From Firmicutes bacterium ADurb.Bin248 (GTDB taxonomy: Bacteria; Bacillota; Clostridia; Christensenellales; CAG-138), in contig MWBW01000002.1 in the NCBI GenBank assembly GCA_002069725.1, positions 11,225 to 75,224 of the forward strand: a stretch of 64,000 nucleotides of DNA, read 5' to 3'. Below, in pieces: positions 60,914-64,000 of the stretch. Both the position numbers and the translations under genes were made by a program. The notes under the pieces are model-generated. The model was not told the origin of the DNA, made no database searches, and was given only the letters and a program-made list of their open reading frames with translations. The stretch's first letter is position 1; every line of letters starts with the position of its first letter.

Positions 60914-62365
60914 ATGAAAAAAGCGGACATCGGCATCGTCGGCCTCGCCGTCATGGGCGAAAACCTCGCCATGAACATGGAGTCGAAGGGCTTCACCGTC
61001 GCGGTCTACAACCGTACCGTCGAGAAGGCGGAGCGTTTCATTGAAGGCCGCGCGAAGGGGAAAAACGTCGTGGGCTGCCATACGCTCGAGGAACTGCGCG
61101 ACGCGCTCGAGAAGCCGCGCAAGGTCATGCTCATGGTCAAGGCCGGGCAGCCCGTGGACGATTACATCGAAGCGCTGCTCGGGGTGCTCGAGCCGGGCGA
61201 CGTCGTCATCGACGGCGGCAACAGCCATTTCCCGGATACCATACGCCGCGCGAAGTATGTCGAGGGCAAGGGGCTTCTCTACGTCGGCACGGGCGTGTCC
61301 GGCGGCGAGGAGGGCGCGCTCAAGGGGCCCTCGATGATGCCGGGCGGCTCTCCGGCGGCGTGGCCCATCGTGAAGCCAATCTTCCAGGCCATCTGCGCCA
61401 AAGTGGAGGACGGCTCCCCCTGCTGCGACTGGGTGGGCGAGAACGGCGCGGGCCATTTCGTCAAGATGGTGCACAACGGCATAGAATACGGCGACATGCA
61501 GCTCATCTGCGAGGCGTACCAGCTCATGCGCGATCTTCTCGGCATGAGCGCCCCCGAGATGAGCGCGGTGTTCGCCGAATGGAACAAAGGCGAGCTGGAC
61601 AGCTATCTCATCGAGATCACGCGGGACATACTCGCCTATCGGGACGAGGACGGTTCCCCCATCGTCGACAAGATACTCGACACGGCGGGGCAGAAGGGCA
61701 CGGGCAAGTGGACGGGCATCGCCGCGCTCGACGAGGGCGTGCCGCTCACGCTCATCGGCGAGGCCGTGTTCGCGCGCTGCCTGAGCGCCATGAAGGAGGA
61801 GCGGCTCGAGGCCGCGGCCGCCTTCGGCAAGGAAAAGCCCGCGTTCGCGGGCGACAAAGCCGCCTTTATCGAGGACATCCGAAAGGCGCTCTACGCCTCG
61901 AAGATGATCTCCTACGCGCAGGGCTACACGCTCATGCGCGCGGCGGCGAAAACCTACGGCTGGAAGCTCAATTACGGCGGCATTGCGCTGATGTGGCGCG
62001 GCGGCTGCATCATACGCAGCGTGTTCCTCGGCAAAATCAAGGAGGCGTTCGACAGGAATCCGGAGCTTTCGAACCTGCTGCTCGACCCGTATTTTTCAGA
62101 AGCCATACGGGGGTTGATCCCCGCGTGGCGGCGCGTGGCCGCGGCGGCGGCCACGCACGGCGTGCCCGCGCCCGCGTTCGCTTCGGCGCTCTCGTATTTC
62201 GACGGCTATACCTCGGCGAAGCTCCCGGCAAATCTCCTTCAGGCGCAGCGCGATTACTTCGGCGCGCACACCTACGAGCGGCTCGACGCGCCGCGCGGCA
62301 CATACTTCCACACGAACTGGACGGGCGAGGGCGGGGACACCGCCGCCTCGACCTACACGGCCTGA
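60914..62365 (+). CDS. gnd: 6-phosphogluconate dehydrogenase, decarboxylating
   Basis: GIVGLAVMGENLAMN, GAGHFVKMVHNGIEYGDMQ. 483 aa. Confidence 0.95.
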   Translation: MKKADIGIVGLAVMGENLAMNMESKGFTVAVYNRTVEKAERFIEGRAKGKNVVGCHTLEELRDALEKPRKVMLMVKAGQPVDDYIEALLGVLEPGDVVIDGGNSHFPDTIRRAKYVEGKGLLYVGTGVSGGEEGALKGPSMMPGGSPAAWPIVKPIFQAICAKVEDGSPCCDWVGENGAGHFVKMVHNGIEYGDMQLICEAYQLMRDLLGMSAPEMSAVFAEWNKGELDSYLIEITRDILAYRDEDGSPIVDKILDTAGQKGTGKWTGIAALDEGVPLTLIGEAVFARCLSAMKEERLEAAAAFGKEKPAFAGDKAAFIEDIRKALYASKMISYAQGYTLMRAAAKTYGWKLNYGGIALMWRGGCIIRSVFLGKIKEAFDRNPELSNLLLDPYFSEAIRGLIPAWRRVAAAAATHGVPAPAFASALSYFDGYTSAKLPANLLQAQRDYFGAHTYERLDAPRGTYFHTNWTGEGGDTAASTYTA

Positions 62366-62381
62366 AAAGGGAGGCGCTTGT

Positions 62382-63671
62382 ATGGAGCTTTGCCTTCGCG
62401 CCAAAGACGAACAGGGGCTTTCCGACGACGCGCTCCGCGCGGGGCTCGAAGGGCTCCTCGCGGCGCACCCCGCGAAAAAGGTGCTGATCGTCCCGCCGGA
62501 CTACACGCGCTATCACAGCAAGGCGGGGTTCATCACGAACGTCTGCTATCATCACTACGCCGCTCAAGGCGCGCAGGTGGATATCCTGCCCGCCCTGGGC
62601 ACGCACGTGCCCGTGACGGAGAGCGAGGCCGCGGACATGTTCGGCGATATCCCGTACGCCCGCTTCCTGCGCCATAACTGGCGCGCGGACGTCGTGAAGC
62701 TCGGCGAGGTGCCGGGGGAGTATCTCGGGCAGATCACCGAAGGGCTCTGGAAGGAGCCCATATCGGTCGAGATCAACCGCCGCGTCATGGATGAAAGCTA
62801 CGACCTCATACTCTCGCCGGGGCAGGTCGTGCCGCACGAGGTCATCGGCATGGCAAACCAGGCCAAGAACCTCTTCGTCGGCGTCGGCGGGGCGGAAATG
62901 ATCAACGCTTCGCACATGGTCGGCGCGATTTACGGTATGGAGCGCATGATGGGGCGCGACCATACGCCCGTGCGCAAAATATTCGACTACGCGCTCGGAC
63001 GCTTCCTCAAAGACCGGCCGATCCTGTTCCTGCTGACCGTCACGACCGCGCCGGGCGGGAACATCCGCACGCACGGCCTGTTCTGCGGCGGCGGGCGGGA
63101 CGCGCTCGAAGCCGCGATCGCCCTCTCGCAGCAAAAGAACATCGACTTCGTAGAACGCGGCCTGAAGAAATGCGTCGTCTACCTTGATCCCAGGGAGTTC
63201 AAAAGCACCTGGCTCGGCAACAAGGCGGTCTACCGCACGCGCATGGCCATCGCCGACGGCGGGGAGCTCGTGATACTCGCGCCCGGCGTCGCGCGCTTCG
63301 GCGAGGATGAGGCTGTGGACGCGCTCATCCGCAAGTACGGTTACTGCGGCAGGAAAAAGGTGCTCGAGCTGTTCCGATCGCCCGCGTGCGAAGACCTCCG
63401 CGCCAACATGGGCGCGGCGGCGCACCTGATCCACGGCTCGTCGGACGGGCGCTTTTCCATCACCTACGCCGTGAAGAACATCTCCCGCGCCGAGATCGAG
63501 GGCGTGCATTTCAAGAGCGCGGACTGCGGCGAACTGATGCGCCGCTACGACCCGGAGAAGCTCGCATACGGTTATAACACGCTGCCGGACGGGGAGGAGA
63601 TCTACTTCATACCGAACCCCGCGCTCGGGCTGTGGATCGACCGCGGGCGGTTCGAGGGAGGCGTAGAATGA
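62382..63671 (+). CDS. LarA-family (lactate racemase-like, DUF2088) protein; candidate sugar-acid 2-epimerase
   Basis: 429 aa. ..KVLIVPPDYTRYHS.., ..PGQVVPHEVIGMANQAKNLFVGVGG.., ..NASHMVG.. align by eye with the LarA catalytic His / cofactor-Lys / Ni-His regions. Confidence 0.75.
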   Translation: MELCLRAKDEQGLSDDALRAGLEGLLAAHPAKKVLIVPPDYTRYHSKAGFITNVCYHHYAAQGAQVDILPALGTHVPVTESEAADMFGDIPYARFLRHNWRADVVKLGEVPGEYLGQITEGLWKEPISVEINRRVMDESYDLILSPGQVVPHEVIGMANQAKNLFVGVGGAEMINASHMVGAIYGMERMMGRDHTPVRKIFDYALGRFLKDRPILFLLTVTTAPGGNIRTHGLFCGGGRDALEAAIALSQQKNIDFVERGLKKCVVYLDPREFKSTWLGNKAVYRTRMAIADGGELVILAPGVARFGEDEAVDALIRKYGYCGRKKVLELFRSPACEDLRANMGAAAHLIHGSSDGRFSITYAVKNISRAEIEGVHFKSADCGELMRRYDPEKLAYGYNTLPDGEEIYFIPNPALGLWIDRGRFEGGVE

Positions 63672-64000
63672 CGCCCGTCTTCGACGAAAGCTTCCTGCTC
63701 GGCAACGACGCCGCGCGCGCTTTGTACGCGCGCGCTTCGCGCATCCCGATTTTCGATTACCACAACCACCTCAACGCGAAGGACATACTTGACAACGCGC
63801 CGTTTTATGACCTCGCCGCGCTCTTTCTCGGCGACGACCATTACAAATGGCGGCTTACGCGCGCGAACGGCGCGCCGGAACGGTTCGTTTCCGGCGACGC
63901 GAGCGGTTATGAAAAGTTCCTCGCTTACGCGAGCGCGCTGCCCTTGGCCGCGGGGAGCCCGCTCCCGGTCTGGAACCGGCTCGAGCTCAAGCGCTATTTC
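63668..64000 (+). CDS. uxaC: Glucuronate isomerase (N-terminal part; 3' end outside the window)
   Basis: ..FLLGNDAARALY....PIFDYHNHL... The start overlaps the upstream stop (ATGA). Confidence 0.9.
   Translation, partial: MTPVFDESFLLGNDAARALYARASRIPIFDYHNHLNAKDILDNAPFYDLAALFLGDDHYKWRLTRANGAPERFVSGDASGYEKFLAYASALPLAAGSPLPVWNRLELKRYF

Overview
This is a 64-kb, very GC-rich chromosomal segment. By eye it is about two-thirds G+C, apart from a few AT-rich patches. The Gram-positive hallmarks (an Ile T-box leader, class B sortases, an ABC-F ribosomal protection gene, strong GGAGG Shine-Dalgarno sites) suggest a high-GC Clostridia/Oscillospiraceae-like organism; that assignment is inference only. 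About 54 protein genes are supported. They include housekeeping genes (clpB, ftsH, ileS, nrdDG, mreB, guaB, uppP, gnd, uxaC), transporters (FtsX-type permease, ABC exporter, MATE, AEC, anion permease), glycosidases (GH13, GH3), peptidases (pcp, M15, M16C, PepV-like) and many DUF families. No rRNA, tRNA, CRISPR array, integrase or prophage genes were seen.

Observations most worth a second look:
1. A REP/RAYT system. An IS200-like HUH-tyrosine transposase gene (30.9-31.6 kb) is flanked by its own REP hairpin GGGGCCGAT-TCCAT-ATCGGCCCC and also interrupted in frame by it. A 4 x 51-bp tandem array of the same hairpin lies at 21.6 kb and supplies the stop codon of a neighbouring gene.
2. A dispersed AT-rich motif, CAATTGACAA, sits on or just after the stop codons of at least seven unrelated genes, usually in front of a GC hairpin that lacks a U-tract.
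3. A roughly 1.5-kb AT-rich islet (about 16.8-18.3 kb) carries two orphan genes upstream of an ABC-F resistance gene.
4. An AmmeMemoRadiSam variant (LigB-like domain fused to AMMECR1, plus a radical SAM enzyme) lies directly next to a methanogen-type homocysteine-synthesis trio (COG1900, NIL-ferredoxin, COG2122).
5. A LarA-family (nickel-pincer type) epimerase candidate sits between gnd and uxaC.
6. Several candidate cis-regulatory devices are present: a uORF with an anti-SD switch, an orphan attenuator, NrdR-like boxes and operator-like repeats.

All calls rest on reading the sequence and on family knowledge. No database search was run.
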